A stretch of DNA of 64,000 nt, from NCBI GenBank assembly GCA_963827755.1, contig CAWHCQ010000044.1, positions 1 through 64,000 of the forward strand. Reading direction: 5' to 3'. Source of the stretch: an uncultured Gammaproteobacteria bacterium. GTDB taxonomy: Bacteria; Pseudomonadota; Gammaproteobacteria; UBA9214. A program made the position numbers and the translations under genes. How positions within the stretch are numbered: position 1 is the stretch's first letter; every line of letters starts with the position of its first letter. Below the pieces are notes generated by a model that worked only from the letters and a program-made list of their open reading frames with translations, made no database searches and was not told the origin of the DNA. Below, one piece after another: positions 35,616 through 45,968 of the stretch.

Positions 35616-36143
35616 ATGAGTGACGAGATCCCTGCACGGGAAAAATGGCTGAATGCCTATAACGACATGATGGTCAGGGTCAGGACAGCCATCGAGGAGG
35701 CTGAGGAGCACACCGCCCCGGTTTTAAAACGGTTTATCCACAATGCCCGGGATCTGGCGGTCGACCTGGAAGAGCTTACCCGGGAAGAGGCCGAGAAGAT
35801 CGCCATGTACCTGCATCGCGACATCGAGGATGCGGGAAAATATCTGGCGGAAACCGGGCAGGAACTGGGCGACTGGCTGCGTTTTGATATCCACCAGATT
35901 GAAGACCGGTTGACCGAGACGCTGGAACGCGTCACCGACCATACCCGCCAGGAAATGCTGGAGTTCGAGCATGAAGTCGAAGAAGGTCCCGCGTGGAACA
36001 CCGGCGAGATAACAGGGCCCGGTACACTGGTTTGCGCCAGTTGTGATGCAATTATTCGCTTCCACGAAACCGCGCAGATACCGAACTGTCCGAATTGCGA
36101 ACACACGGTATTTCACCGCAAGACCGTTAAAGACGAACTGTAA
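35616..36143 (+). CDS. Zinc-ribbon protein (DUF1451-like)
   Basis: TGEITGPGTLVCASC...CPNC; divergent from leuS; AGGAG SD. Confidence 0.8.
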   Translation: MSDEIPAREKWLNAYNDMMVRVRTAIEEAEEHTAPVLKRFIHNARDLAVDLEELTREEAEKIAMYLHRDIEDAGKYLAETGQELGDWLRFDIHQIEDRLTETLERVTDHTRQEMLEFEHEVEEGPAWNTGEITGPGTLVCASCDAIIRFHETAQIPNCPNCEHTVFHRKTVKDEL

Positions 36144-36161
36144 ACCCGGAAGAATAAAACC

Positions 36162-36606
36162 ATGCCACAACGCTGCCTGCTACCCGTGAATCCGCAAGAC
36201 AGTTATAACCAGGCCGACTGTCTTTCAAAGGGCTGCAGACAGGACCGGAAGTAACAACCGGAACTGCCAGCGCGGCGAATATGTTTTCGTCGAATACAAT
36301 GCAGTCGATCGTCAGCGCCTCGCATCAAGGGCATGATGCGCTACAGCATGTTTGTACCGCACATACGATTACTGTTTATTCCTGCCTGAATATCGATATT
36401 TCCCGCAGAAAGGACAGCTGTTTCCGCTCACGAAATGTGTACCCTGGGCGGCCTATATCCAGCATGGTGACGGCAGCTCCCGCACCCTCGAACAGACTGA
36501 ATTGTCGAGCTTGATGCATCAAAGCACCGAGAACCCTGACCAGATCGACCTGGAGGTTGCCATCGGGCAGATGGTCGATGCAGACGAAATCAGGATCACC
36601 GTCTGA
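36162..36606 (+). pseudogene. Probable disrupted gene of unknown function
   Basis: ATG 36162 with a purine-rich SD-like stretch; one frameshift near 36189 and an in-frame TGA at 36334 precede an 84-aa protein-like C-terminus. Confidence 0.4.
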
Positions 36607-36648
36607 GCCAGGGAGATCTGCCCCCGGTTGCGGCATACGGCACACCGG

Positions 36649-39102
36649 TCAGGCTGATTGCCTGGATATCAGCTTGATGAAGTCTTCGAATTTATCGGCT
36701 GGCAACGGCCGCGAGATGTAATAGCCCTGCACAGCATCACAGCGCATCTGTCTCAGTACCTGCATTTGCTCCGCTTCCTCCACGCCCTCTGCAACCACTG
36801 ACATGCCGAGGCTGTGTGACATGCTGATAATAGCGGCAACAATGGTCGCACCCTTGGTTTCCGTCTTCAGGTTACGGATAAAGCTCTGGTCAATCTTCAG
36901 CCTGTTAAAGGGAAGTTTCATCAGGTAGCTGAGTGAAGAATACCCGGTTCCGAAATCGTCCAGCGCAAGCTTCAGCCCCATGCTCTTGAAGTTGTCGAGG
37001 GTTTCGATTGCCTGGTTCAGGTTCTGCAGGATGCTTGTTTCCGTGAGTTCAAGCTCCAGACTCCCGGAATTCATTCCTGTTGCCTTCAGGGCGCTTGCAA
37101 TAATGGATACCAGATTCTCGTCATTGAAATGAACCGCGGAAATATTGATTGACATGGTGATGGGCAGGTCGTACACAGTGATCCATTCCTGCGCCTGGCG
37201 ACAGGCCTCGTGAATAACCCACTCGCTGATTTTTACAATCAGGCCAAATTCCTCGGCAATCGGTATAAACACGTCCGGAGAAACCTGACCCAGTTCGGGG
37301 TCTTCCCAGCGCAACAGTGCCTCGACTGCAGAAATATCTCCAGTAGCGAGAGTTACCTGCGGCTGGTAGTGCAGCGCCAGTGCCTCGTTTTCAAGCGCGT
37401 GGCGCAACCGCCCTTCGATCTTCAGCTTTTCGGCCGATGCTTCATTCAATTTCCTGGAGTAATACTGAAAGTTGTTGCGCCCCAGTTTTTTGGCGTGATA
37501 CATCGCAATATCCGCATTCTTCAACAGTTCACCGGCGGTTTCACCATCTTCCGGATACATGGCAATGCCAATGCTTGCGCTGACATAGAGCTCCTGCATC
37601 GACACAATAAAGGGCTCCGAGAGGGACTTGAAGATACGCTTGGCGACTTTTTCCACCTCGCCGGGCCCGTTGGTATCGGGCAATAGAATTATAAACTCGT
37701 CACCCGCCAGGCGCGCGATCAACTTGGACGCATCTTCCGGGGTTGAATGGGCAATAACATCTTCCTCGCGCAGCTGACTTGAAAGCCTGTCGGCAAAGGA
37801 TTCCAGCAGGGTATCGCCAGCCTGATGACCCAGGGTGTCATTGATGCGTTTGAAATTATCGAGATCGAGGAAGAGGATGGCCAGACCCTGCATGTCACGC
37901 CGCGCACCGGCAGTCGCCCTCTTCAGGTAGTCCTTGAACATCAACCGGTTGGGAAGCCCGGTGAGGCTGTCATGGTAGGCCACGTAACGCACCTGCTCAT
38001 GTGAGTTATGCAGGCTCTTGCCCATTTCCCTGAACCTGGCGGCCAGTTCACCGAGTTCATCATCTGAATCTATCTCGATCGGTGTAAGTAATTTTCCATG
38101 GCCCATTTCGCTGACAGCAAGACTGAGTGCCCGTATGGGCTTGATAAGCAGTTTTCTGAAAACACCGAACAACAGGGTTGTAGCCAGCAGCATGGCGATG
38201 GATGTAACAAGGGCTACCGTCCAACCAAGGTTGATACTCTTCGCCAGCAGCTCTTCTTCCTGGTAAACAACAAAGGCATATAACCAGTCATGCAGCTTTA
38301 CGGACTGGAAGTGGGCGGCTTTACCCATGTACAGTCCGTCTATCAGGGTGCTGCCATCAGCATATTGTTTTGACTGACTGAACAGTTCGCCGGATAATTT
38401 TTGCCCGACCTGGTCTGCAGAACGATGAAACAGGATAGCACCCTTGTCATCTGTGAAAAAAACCTCACCACTCTCGCCCGGCTTCTCCCTGCTGGCCTGT
38501 GCTTTCAGGAAATCAAGATCGACGGTTAACATCAAATAACCGTAGAGATCTTTTTGCCTGCCCGGCTCGTTTTTACCAAACAGGTAGAGTGGCTTGCTGG
38601 TCAGCAATGCCGGTTCACCATTATCCGGGTTGCGGAAGAATGTGGTGTAGGTGACACCCGGGTTGTCCCCCGCCTCGATAAAATAACTGCTCGATGACTC
38701 GTTTGTTGCCTGGTTGGCAACGTTGCCGAGTACCGTGCGTATCTGTTCCTCGCCGTCACTGGAGATGATACGGATTTCATAATATTCGGGATATGCCAGC
38801 TGGTAATTGTAGAGCAGTTCCATAACCTGTTGTTCCAGACCTGACTTGTCTTCGAAATATCTGTCTTCCTCTATGAACTGCTTGATCAGCGTGGTGTTGG
38901 CAAACAGGCTGGCGTTGGCGCGGGCGGTACGTAATTGCGATTCGGTTTGCGACTCGATCTGCTCCAGCAGGGTAGACATCTGGTAATGAGTCCGATTGCG
39001 GGCATCTTCCATGAGCAGGCTGTAGGCCATCCAGCCCAGGACCAGGATGGGCAGCACAATCAGCGGTATCAGCAGTAACAGTATTTTAGATTGCAGTTGC
39101 AA
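36649..39102 (-). CDS. Membrane sensor with periplasmic (Cache-like) domain, HAMP, GGDEF (AGDEF) and EAL domains
   Basis: Two TM helices, DELGELA HAMP, DSLTGLPNR, DLDNFK, RLAGDEF, EALL, DDFGTGYSS, EGVE; TTG start at 39102 is a guess (ORF extends to 39168). Confidence 0.92.
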   Translation of the reverse strand: MQLQSKILLLLIPLIVLPILVLGWMAYSLLMEDARNRTHYQMSTLLEQIESQTESQLRTARANASLFANTTLIKQFIEEDRYFEDKSGLEQQVMELLYNYQLAYPEYYEIRIISSDGEEQIRTVLGNVANQATNESSSSYFIEAGDNPGVTYTTFFRNPDNGEPALLTSKPLYLFGKNEPGRQKDLYGYLMLTVDLDFLKAQASREKPGESGEVFFTDDKGAILFHRSADQVGQKLSGELFSQSKQYADGSTLIDGLYMGKAAHFQSVKLHDWLYAFVVYQEEELLAKSINLGWTVALVTSIAMLLATTLLFGVFRKLLIKPIRALSLAVSEMGHGKLLTPIEIDSDDELGELAARFREMGKSLHNSHEQVRYVAYHDSLTGLPNRLMFKDYLKRATAGARRDMQGLAILFLDLDNFKRINDTLGHQAGDTLLESFADRLSSQLREEDVIAHSTPEDASKLIARLAGDEFIILLPDTNGPGEVEKVAKRIFKSLSEPFIVSMQELYVSASIGIAMYPEDGETAGELLKNADIAMYHAKKLGRNNFQYYSRKLNEASAEKLKIEGRLRHALENEALALHYQPQVTLATGDISAVEALLRWEDPELGQVSPDVFIPIAEEFGLIVKISEWVIHEACRQAQEWITVYDLPITMSINISAVHFNDENLVSIIASALKATGMNSGSLELELTETSILQNLNQAIETLDNFKSMGLKLALDDFGTGYSSLSYLMKLPFNRLKIDQSFIRNLKTETKGATIVAAIISMSHSLGMSVVAEGVEEAEQMQVLRQMRCDAVQGYYISRPLPADKFEDFIKLISRQSA

Positions 39103-39366
39103 AGCAGGTCCCTGGAAAATGCATTTCCCATGCTCAGGCCGGTGTAGCCAAAAATATGACGTCATCAAGGATTACGGCAAAAACAACAGAAACTTAAACC
39201 ACGTCGGGGGTTCAGGGGCAGCCCGGCAGCCCGGGCAGTCGTTATGCGGATTTTCGCCGGAAATCGGCACGAAATGGCCCCAAAAGCGGGCACAGAAGGT
39301 ATTTTCAGTCAGGCGGGTGAACCCGTATGACCCGTCATATCAGGCAGTCAGGCCGCGGCCCCGATA

Positions 39367-40854
39367 TCAGCCACGCGGACGGCGTACCAGCCATGCCAGC
39401 AACAGGAGAATACTGCAGAGTCCGATAACCGGCACATTCCCGAATCTCACGTAGGGTGTTGCACCCTGGCGCGGGGCGATAGTACCGGTCACAACGGCTG
39501 TTTCGAACTGGGCACTGCGCGCCAGTATCGCCCCGTCGTAGTCAATAATTGCAGAAATGCCGGTGTTGGTCGCACGCAGCATCGGGCGGCCGGTTTCCAT
39601 CGAGCGCATGCGGGCCATTTCAAGGTGCTGGTGCGGCGCCAGTGAGTCGCCAAACCAGGCATCGTTACTCACATTGACCAGCAGCGCCGCCTGCGGCAGT
39701 TGCGCCGCGACCTCTTCACTGAATGCGACTTCAAAACAGATGGAAGTGCCCACCGCGTAACCGGCAACTTCTATCAGTTGCTGCGCATCATCGCCCCGGG
39801 AAAAATCTGCATTGGGTACAGCGAGTGCATCCAGGGTTGTGCCGATGATCCCGCGCAGCGGCAGGTACTCCCCGAATGGTACCAGGTGACGCTTGTAATA
39901 AAACATGCGTTTGGCTCCAACCGAGACCACCGTGTTGTAATATTTCCATTCAGTCTTGTCGAGCAACGGGATACCCGTCAACATGGACATATCACGTTCC
40001 TGCAACCTCGATTCGAGATAGGGAATAAAACTGTCTGTAACCTGGTGATAAAAAGCCGGGATCGCCGTCTCGGGCCAGATGACAAGGTCAATATCCTGCC
40101 TGGAAAAGCTCAGCTCCGTATAGCGTGCCAGTGTTTTCTCGACATTCTCCGGCAACCATTTTTCTTCCTGGGATATATTGCCCTGCACCAGCGCCACCCG
40201 CAGGTTCTCTTCCACGGGCGAGGTCCATTCCAGCCGGTCAACAAACCAGGCACCCGCCCAGATAACGATGAGGAAAAGAAGGCTCGCCAGGCGTTGCCGC
40301 CCGCGTATGACTGCCACCAGGAACGCCGCGCTCAGCGCCAGCGCCAGCCCGACACCGTAGACACCCGCAACCGGGGCATAGGCTGCCAACAGGCTGTCAA
40401 CCTGGCTGCTGCCTATATTCAGCCAGGGAAAACCCGTAAATAACCAGCCGCGCAGCCACTCGGCAACAATCCAGCCTGCGGCAAAAACCGGCAACGGCAA
40501 TAATCCGCCCGCTGCGGCGCGGACACGACCGAGTAAATAACCGAGCAAGGCGGGATACAGTGAAAGGACGCTGACGAACACCACGGTCACCAGGATGGAA
40601 GCGGCCACCGGAACGTGACCATAGGTATACACGCTGACGAATACCCACGAGACACCGGTACCGAAGAAGCCGAGCCCGAACAGGCCACCATGCAGCATGG
40701 CCCGGCGTGGACTGTCCTTCAGCCATTGACTGAAAAGAACGGCCAGCGACAGGATTGCAACGGGATACCAGCCATAGGGCGCAAATGCCGTGACCGCCAG
40801 CGCACCTGCAAGCAGCACGGCCAGCCCGTTGATGCGGGCGTCAATACCGGTCAC
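39367..40854 (-). CDS. lnt: Apolipoprotein N-acyltransferase
   Basis: FTGFPW, QGNI, WPETA, KRHLVPFGEY, ICFE, SNDAWFG. Confidence 0.96.
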   Translation of the reverse strand: MTGIDARINGLAVLLAGALAVTAFAPYGWYPVAILSLAVLFSQWLKDSPRRAMLHGGLFGLGFFGTGVSWVFVSVYTYGHVPVAASILVTVVFVSVLSLYPALLGYLLGRVRAAAGGLLPLPVFAAGWIVAEWLRGWLFTGFPWLNIGSSQVDSLLAAYAPVAGVYGVGLALALSAAFLVAVIRGRQRLASLLFLIVIWAGAWFVDRLEWTSPVEENLRVALVQGNISQEEKWLPENVEKTLARYTELSFSRQDIDLVIWPETAIPAFYHQVTDSFIPYLESRLQERDMSMLTGIPLLDKTEWKYYNTVVSVGAKRMFYYKRHLVPFGEYLPLRGIIGTTLDALAVPNADFSRGDDAQQLIEVAGYAVGTSICFEVAFSEEVAAQLPQAALLVNVSNDAWFGDSLAPHQHLEMARMRSMETGRPMLRATNTGISAIIDYDGAILARSAQFETAVVTGTIAPRQGATPYVRFGNVPVIGLCSILLLLAWLVRRPRG

Positions 40855-41735
40855 GGTTCATTCTGGAGCGATTTGGCTGCAACCTCGTCCGATCGCGGCA
40901 ACAACGTCAGTTGCAACATATGAACCCGGCGACTGTCAGCACGCAATATCTTGAACAACAGCTTGCCAATGACAATACGCTCACCACGCCTGGGCAAACG
41001 CCCGATCCGGCTCACAACGAGCCCGCCGATCGTATCGCATTCATCATCCGGTAATTCGGTTTTGAAATAGCTGTTGAAATCCTCGATCGGCGTCAGCGCC
41101 TTGATCGTATAGTGGTAATCGCTATGCCTGCGAATGGTGTCCTCTTCCTCGACATCGTGCTCATCCTCGATTTCCCCGACGATTTGCTCAAGTACGTCCT
41201 CGATCGTGACCATACCCGCAAGGCCACCGTACTCGTCGACGACGATGGCCATGTGAATACGACTTGAGCGAAACTCCTTTAACAGCACATTAAGGCGCTT
41301 GCTTTCGGGGACGAATATCGCCGGGCGCAGAATCTCCCTGACGTTGAAGCGGCTGTCCGTACGTTCGAAGGAATAAAACAGCAAATCTTTCGCCAGCAGT
41401 ATACCGACAACCTCATCCCCGTCTTCGCCGGTCACCGGGAAGCGCGAATGGCCGGACTCAACCACCGTGCGCAACAGTATTTCAGGGCTCGCATCACGTT
41501 CCAGCACAACCACGCGGGAACGCGGGATCATGACATCACGCACCTGCATATCATCCACATGCAGGACGCCCTCGAGCATGGCAAGCACGTCGGCATCGAA
41601 CAGGTTCTTCTGGTGGGCGCCACGCAGCAACTCGACCAGTTGCTCGTTGTTGGCCGGTTCCCGCAAAAACAAGCGCTTCAACCCGGCGAGCCGGGCGTGC
41701 CTGGCGGGACCGTTCGCAGGTCGGTCTCTATCCAT
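40851..41735 (-). CDS. corC: CorC/YbeX CBS-domain protein
   Basis: [29 protein letters not shown]. Confidence 0.94.
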   Translation of the reverse strand: MDRDRPANGPARHARLAGLKRLFLREPANNEQLVELLRGAHQKNLFDADVLAMLEGVLHVDDMQVRDVMIPRSRVVVLERDASPEILLRTVVESGHSRFPVTGEDGDEVVGILLAKDLLFYSFERTDSRFNVREILRPAIFVPESKRLNVLLKEFRSSRIHMAIVVDEYGGLAGMVTIEDVLEQIVGEIEDEHDVEEEDTIRRHSDYHYTIKALTPIEDFNSYFKTELPDDECDTIGGLVVSRIGRLPRRGERIVIGKLLFKILRADSRRVHMLQLTLLPRSDEVAAKSLQNEP

Positions 41736-41860
41736 TAATTATCAGTTGCTTGCAGTATCTTTCTGAAAAGATGATCACGCTTGTCTCTGCGCCCATCCTG
41801 GCCACCCCGCCGTGTAAATTCGCCGGATGCGATATGTCCCGCGCCCGGGGTGGATCGCCA

Positions 41861-42325
41861 TCAATAGGGATTGAGAAAACCCAGGCTGGCCAGTTGCCAC
41901 TTCTCCAGTTGCTCCATCTCCCGGGCCTCGCTGTCGTTGCCATGGTCATAACCGAGCAGGTGCAACACACCGTGTATCACCATATGCGCCCAGTGCGCCT
42001 CCGGCGTCTTGCCCTGTGCAACCGCTTCCCTGGCAACAACCGGCGCACAAATTACAACATCACCCAGCAAGCCGGACTCGACCCCCGGCATCGGTTCATA
42101 GGGAAACGACAGCACATTGGTTGCGCCATCCTTGCCACGGTAGCGTTGATTGAGCACGGTGATCTCGGCTTCATCGACGATACGCACAACCAGCTCTGTC
42201 GGTTTCTGCCTGTCCTGTAAAGCAAGCGCGGCCCATTTTCTGATGTCCTGCTCGCCTGGCAGGCCTTCTGCTGATATGGCATATTGAACAGTGACGCTTG
42301 TATTCTGCTTGTTCATATTATTCAA
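41861..42325 (-). CDS. ybeY: rRNA maturation endoribonuclease YbeY
   Basis: TNVLSFP and HGVLHLLGYDH. Confidence 0.96.
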   Translation of the reverse strand: MNNMNKQNTSVTVQYAISAEGLPGEQDIRKWAALALQDRQKPTELVVRIVDEAEITVLNQRYRGKDGATNVLSFPYEPMPGVESGLLGDVVICAPVVAREAVAQGKTPEAHWAHMVIHGVLHLLGYDHGNDSEAREMEQLEKWQLASLGFLNPY

Positions 42326-42371
42326 TCATCCCGCCGGGGCCCGTAAATACACACCCTGTTCACCTGCACTC

Positions 42372-43355
42372 TCAATTGCCATCGGTATTTGTCCGGTCAT
42401 AGGCATCGTAGGCATCGATAATCTGCTGCACCAGCGGGTGCCTGACCACATCCCTCGATGTAAAGAACGTGAAACTGATATCCTGCTGCGACCTCAGAAC
42501 ATCGGTCACCTGGCGCAACCCGGACTGGACATGCCTGGGTAAATCAATCTGGGTGATATCGCCAGTGACAACCGCAGTCGAACCGAAGCCGATACGTGTC
42601 AGGAACATTTTCATTTGTTCAACCGTCGTGTTCTGCGCCTCATCGAGAATAATAAAGGCATCGTTGAGACTGCGACCGCGCATGAACGCAAGCGGCGCAA
42701 CCTCGATGATATTCCGTTCAATAAGCCTGGCAACCCGCTCTATACCGAGCATTTCATAAAGCGCGTCATACAGGGGGCGCAGGTAGGGATCGACTTTTTG
42801 AGTCATGTCGCCCGGCAGAAACCCGAGGCGTTCACCGGCCTCCACGGCCGGCCGCACCAGTACCAGCCTGCTGACCCGCTCCTGCTCCAGGGCGTGCACG
42901 GCACAGGCCACCGCGAGATAGGTCTTTCCGGTACCCGCCGGCCCTATACCGAAATTCAGGTCATGGTTGGTTATATTGAGAAGATAGTGCTGCTGGTTAT
43001 CGCCACGCGGCATAATCGTGCCGCCCGGTGTTTTAATCAGCACGGTCGCCGCGTCACGCGCCCGGGATACAGGCTCCTGACTCGAGTCAACCTCGCTTAG
43101 AGAGAGATGGATATTCTCGGGCGTAAGCCCACCTTTTTCTGTTTCGCGATAGAGGTCTTCCAGGACGCTTGCAGCCGACTGTACATTGTCCGCATTTCCG
43201 ATAATGCGGAACTGGTTGCCGCGGTTGTTGATTTCCACCCCGAGACGCTGTTCCAGTTGACGCAAATGACTGTCGAACTGGCCACACAGTTCAGCCAGTC
43301 GATCATTGTCAGCGGGCAGCAGTGAAATATCGATAGAATGTATCTGCGCGTTCAA
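42372..43355 (-). CDS. ybeZ: PhoH-family ATPase (YbeZ)
   Basis: [28 protein letters not shown]. Confidence 0.95.
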   Translation of the reverse strand: MNAQIHSIDISLLPADNDRLAELCGQFDSHLRQLEQRLGVEINNRGNQFRIIGNADNVQSAASVLEDLYRETEKGGLTPENIHLSLSEVDSSQEPVSRARDAATVLIKTPGGTIMPRGDNQQHYLLNITNHDLNFGIGPAGTGKTYLAVACAVHALEQERVSRLVLVRPAVEAGERLGFLPGDMTQKVDPYLRPLYDALYEMLGIERVARLIERNIIEVAPLAFMRGRSLNDAFIILDEAQNTTVEQMKMFLTRIGFGSTAVVTGDITQIDLPRHVQSGLRQVTDVLRSQQDISFTFFTSRDVVRHPLVQQIIDAYDAYDRTNTDGN

Positions 43356-44731
43356 GATGCACTCATGAAAACAGCATCAGGTTTCGCCCGGTTTTCCACC
43401 GGCTCGACCGAAACAAGTTCAGCGCGCAACGAGTTTGGAAGTGCCTCGGTTATGCGCACATCGACGAAGCGGCCAATCAGCGAGTGTGCACCGTCGAAAT
43501 TAACCACCCGGTTGTTTTCAGTCCGGCCACTGACCTGGTGATCGCTTTTGCGGGACACTTTCTCAACGAGAATACGTTCGACATTACCGACCATGGAGTT
43601 GCTGATCGCAGCCGCCATGCCGTTAATGCGTTTTTGCAACCGCGCCAGTCGCGCCTTCTTCTCGATGACAGGCACGTCATCCGGCATATCGGACGCGGGC
43701 GTACCCGGTCGCTGGCTGTAGATAAAACTGAAGGACTGGTCAAAGCCGACTTCCTCGATCAGCTCCATGGTCTGTTCAAACTCCTCCGCCCCTTCACCGG
43801 GAAAGCCGATAATAAAATCGGAAGACAGGCTGATACCGGGTCGTGCCTCACGCAGCCTGCGTATGGTTGATTTATACTCAAGCGCTGTATGGTTGCGTTT
43901 CATACTTGCAAGAATACGGTCTGAACCACTTTGCACCGGCAGATGCAGGTGCCCTGCCAGTTCAGGGACTTCCGCATACACCTCGATCAGGCTGTCACTC
44001 ATTTCCAGCGGGTGCGAGGTGGTGTAGCGAATCCGGTCGATTCCGTCAATGGCCGCAATATAGGTAATCAGCAACGCCAGGTCGGCAATCTCGCCATCAT
44101 GCTGCTCACCCCGGTAGGCATTCACATTCTGCCCCAGCAGGGTAACTTCGCGAACACCCTGCCCGGCAAGCCCGGCAACCTCGGCCAGGATGTCATCGAA
44201 TGGCCGGCTGACTTCCTCGCCACGCGTATAGGGGACAACGCAAAAGCTGCAATACTTGCTGCAGCCTTCCATGATGGAGACAAAGGCAGTTGGTCCCTTT
44301 ACGCTGGGCGGCGGCATGCAGTCGAACTTTTCAATCTCGGGGAAGCTGATATCGATAACCGGCTGCCGGGCACGCCGGGCATCATCCAGCATCTGCGGCA
44401 GGCGATGCAGTGTCTGTGGACCGAACACGATATCGACATACGGGGCCCGGTCACGAATGGCATCGCCCTCCTGGCTGGCGACGCAGCCGCCGACACCGAT
44501 CACCAGTTCCGGGCGCCTGTCTTTCAGCTCCTTCCAGCGGCCCAGTTCGGAGAACACCTTTTCCTGTGCCTTTTCACGGATCGAGCAGGTATTGAGCAGC
44601 AGCACATCGGCCTGCGCCGGGTCCGGCGTGACTTCAAGTTGATGGGAATCGACCAGCACGTCCGCCATCCTGGAGGAGTCGTACTCGTTCATCTGGCAGC
44701 CGTGGGTTTTGATATAAAGCTTGCGTGTCAT
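43352..44731 (-). CDS. miaB: tRNA methylthiotransferase MiaB
   Basis: [22 protein letters not shown] radical SAM motif, TRAM domain. Confidence 0.97.
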   Translation of the reverse strand: MTRKLYIKTHGCQMNEYDSSRMADVLVDSHQLEVTPDPAQADVLLLNTCSIREKAQEKVFSELGRWKELKDRRPELVIGVGGCVASQEGDAIRDRAPYVDIVFGPQTLHRLPQMLDDARRARQPVIDISFPEIEKFDCMPPPSVKGPTAFVSIMEGCSKYCSFCVVPYTRGEEVSRPFDDILAEVAGLAGQGVREVTLLGQNVNAYRGEQHDGEIADLALLITYIAAIDGIDRIRYTTSHPLEMSDSLIEVYAEVPELAGHLHLPVQSGSDRILASMKRNHTALEYKSTIRRLREARPGISLSSDFIIGFPGEGAEEFEQTMELIEEVGFDQSFSFIYSQRPGTPASDMPDDVPVIEKKARLARLQKRINGMAAAISNSMVGNVERILVEKVSRKSDHQVSGRTENNRVVNFDGAHSLIGRFVDVRITEALPNSLRAELVSVEPVENRAKPDAVFMSAS

Positions 44732-44804
44732 CCTGGATTCAGAATCAGTGTATCAGTGGTCCTAATATACTTGGTTTGCCACCCGGGTTCTATCGAGTCC
44801 GCAT

Positions 44805-44833
44805 CCCCGGATTGCGCTGCGCGCAATCCGGGG
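44805..44833. repeat. Perfect 13-bp inverted repeat, REP-like
   Basis: CCCCGGATTGCGC-TGC-GCGCAATCCGGGG between rnpB and miaB. Confidence 0.6.
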
Positions 44834-44863
44834 GCACAGGTTCATTAATCAGGAAAAGAAAAA

Positions 44864-45203
44864 GGAGTCGGCCGATAAGCCGGGTTCTGTCGTGGACAGC
44901 CATTCATCTGGACAATACGTCACCGTATGCCTCAAGCAACCTACCCGGGAACCATGCGGGCCGCATGAATGTTCCCCTATTTGGTCTTGCTCCGGGTGGG
45001 GTTTACCCTGCCACGCCTGTTACCAGCCGCGCGGTGCGCTCTTACCGCACCATTTCACCCTTACCGGCTCCGCGTACGAAGCAGGCGGTATATTTTCTGT
45101 GGCACTTTCCATAGGCTCGCGCCTCCCAGGCGTTACCTGGCACCCTGCCCTGTGGAGCCCGGACTTTCCTCCCCGCAAGCGGGGCGACTGCCTGGCCGAC
45201 TCC
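44864..45203 (-). ncRNA. rnpB: RNase P RNA, bacterial type A
   Basis: GAGGAAAGTCCGGGCTCC, GAAAGTGCCACAGAAA and ACAGAACCCGGCTTA conserved blocks; complementary ends GGAGTCGGCC/GGCCGACTCC (P1). Confidence 0.97.
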
Positions 45204-45210
45204 GGCTGTC

Positions 45211-45216
45211 ATTATA
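45211..45216 (-). promoter_or_regulatory. -10 box of the rnpB promoter
   Basis: TATAAT on the minus strand, 7 nt before the predicted rnpB 5' end. Confidence 0.65.
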
Positions 45217-45258
45217 AGGGATAGGTCAAACGAATGCGGGCTTGCAGGTGGAATGGGA

Positions 45259-45762
45259 CTACTCGCGATCTGAATAGGGCTGCCGGGAGCCGCGTATCAA
45301 GCGGCCCAGCAGACGATTAAGCCAGTTATTACGTCTCAGGCCAGCGACCAGTCCACGCTTTTCACGCAAGCCAATGTCGCTCTTCAACTGCAGCAGGCCG
45401 GCATGCTCAGGGGCAACATACAGGCCACGGCGCAATGCCTGGTAGGCGCTTTCCCGCAAACCGAGCTTGTTTTCTGCCATTGCCAGGTTGTAATAGACCT
45501 CGGCATCGTTGGTCTCGCCGACAGCGGCCTTGCGGCATAATTTCACACCACTGTCGTCGCCCATGGTCAACCGGGCCAGCCCGTGAAACGAGGTATAGCG
45601 GTTCTGGTAGACATCATCGACCGCGGCGCTTTCATCCGCCTTTCGAAACAGCGTCAGCGCCGCTGCGTAATCATCGCTTTTGAAACACTCCAGACCATCG
45701 AGGAACTCATCGCGCAGCCGGGGCCGGCTGCCACTCGACCCAAGATCAAATTGACTCCCCAT
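45259..45762 (-). CDS. TPR-like helical repeat protein
   Basis: AEVYYNLAMAENKLG..AYQALRRGLYVAP TPR pattern; basic C-terminus; start uncertain. Confidence 0.7.
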   Translation of the reverse strand: MGSQFDLGSSGSRPRLRDEFLDGLECFKSDDYAAALTLFRKADESAAVDDVYQNRYTSFHGLARLTMGDDSGVKLCRKAAVGETNDAEVYYNLAMAENKLGLRESAYQALRRGLYVAPEHAGLLQLKSDIGLREKRGLVAGLRRNNWLNRLLGRLIRGSRQPYSDRE

Positions 45763-45968
45763 TTGCCACCCCTGTAGAAAACCTGACTGCTTTTCCTGGC
45801 GCGGGACTGCTGCCCCTGCATTTATATCGTCACTATCCCCTACATCGCCAAGGGTAATCTGTTTTTTCAAAAACGCAAGCTTTCTTAAGAAGTTGACGCC
45901 GCCTGTATCTTGCATCACCCTTGCGATTGCCCGACGCCCTGCGTTGCCAGATTTCTGACACGAGTGTA

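Noticed and set aside
36334-36336. In-frame TGA next to Cys as a possible selenocysteine codon
   Set aside because: No convincing SECIS hairpin or known selenoprotein motif, and the ORF has other lesions.
44725-45224. Short ORFs overlapping 44864-45203
   Set aside because: The region is the RNase P RNA gene.
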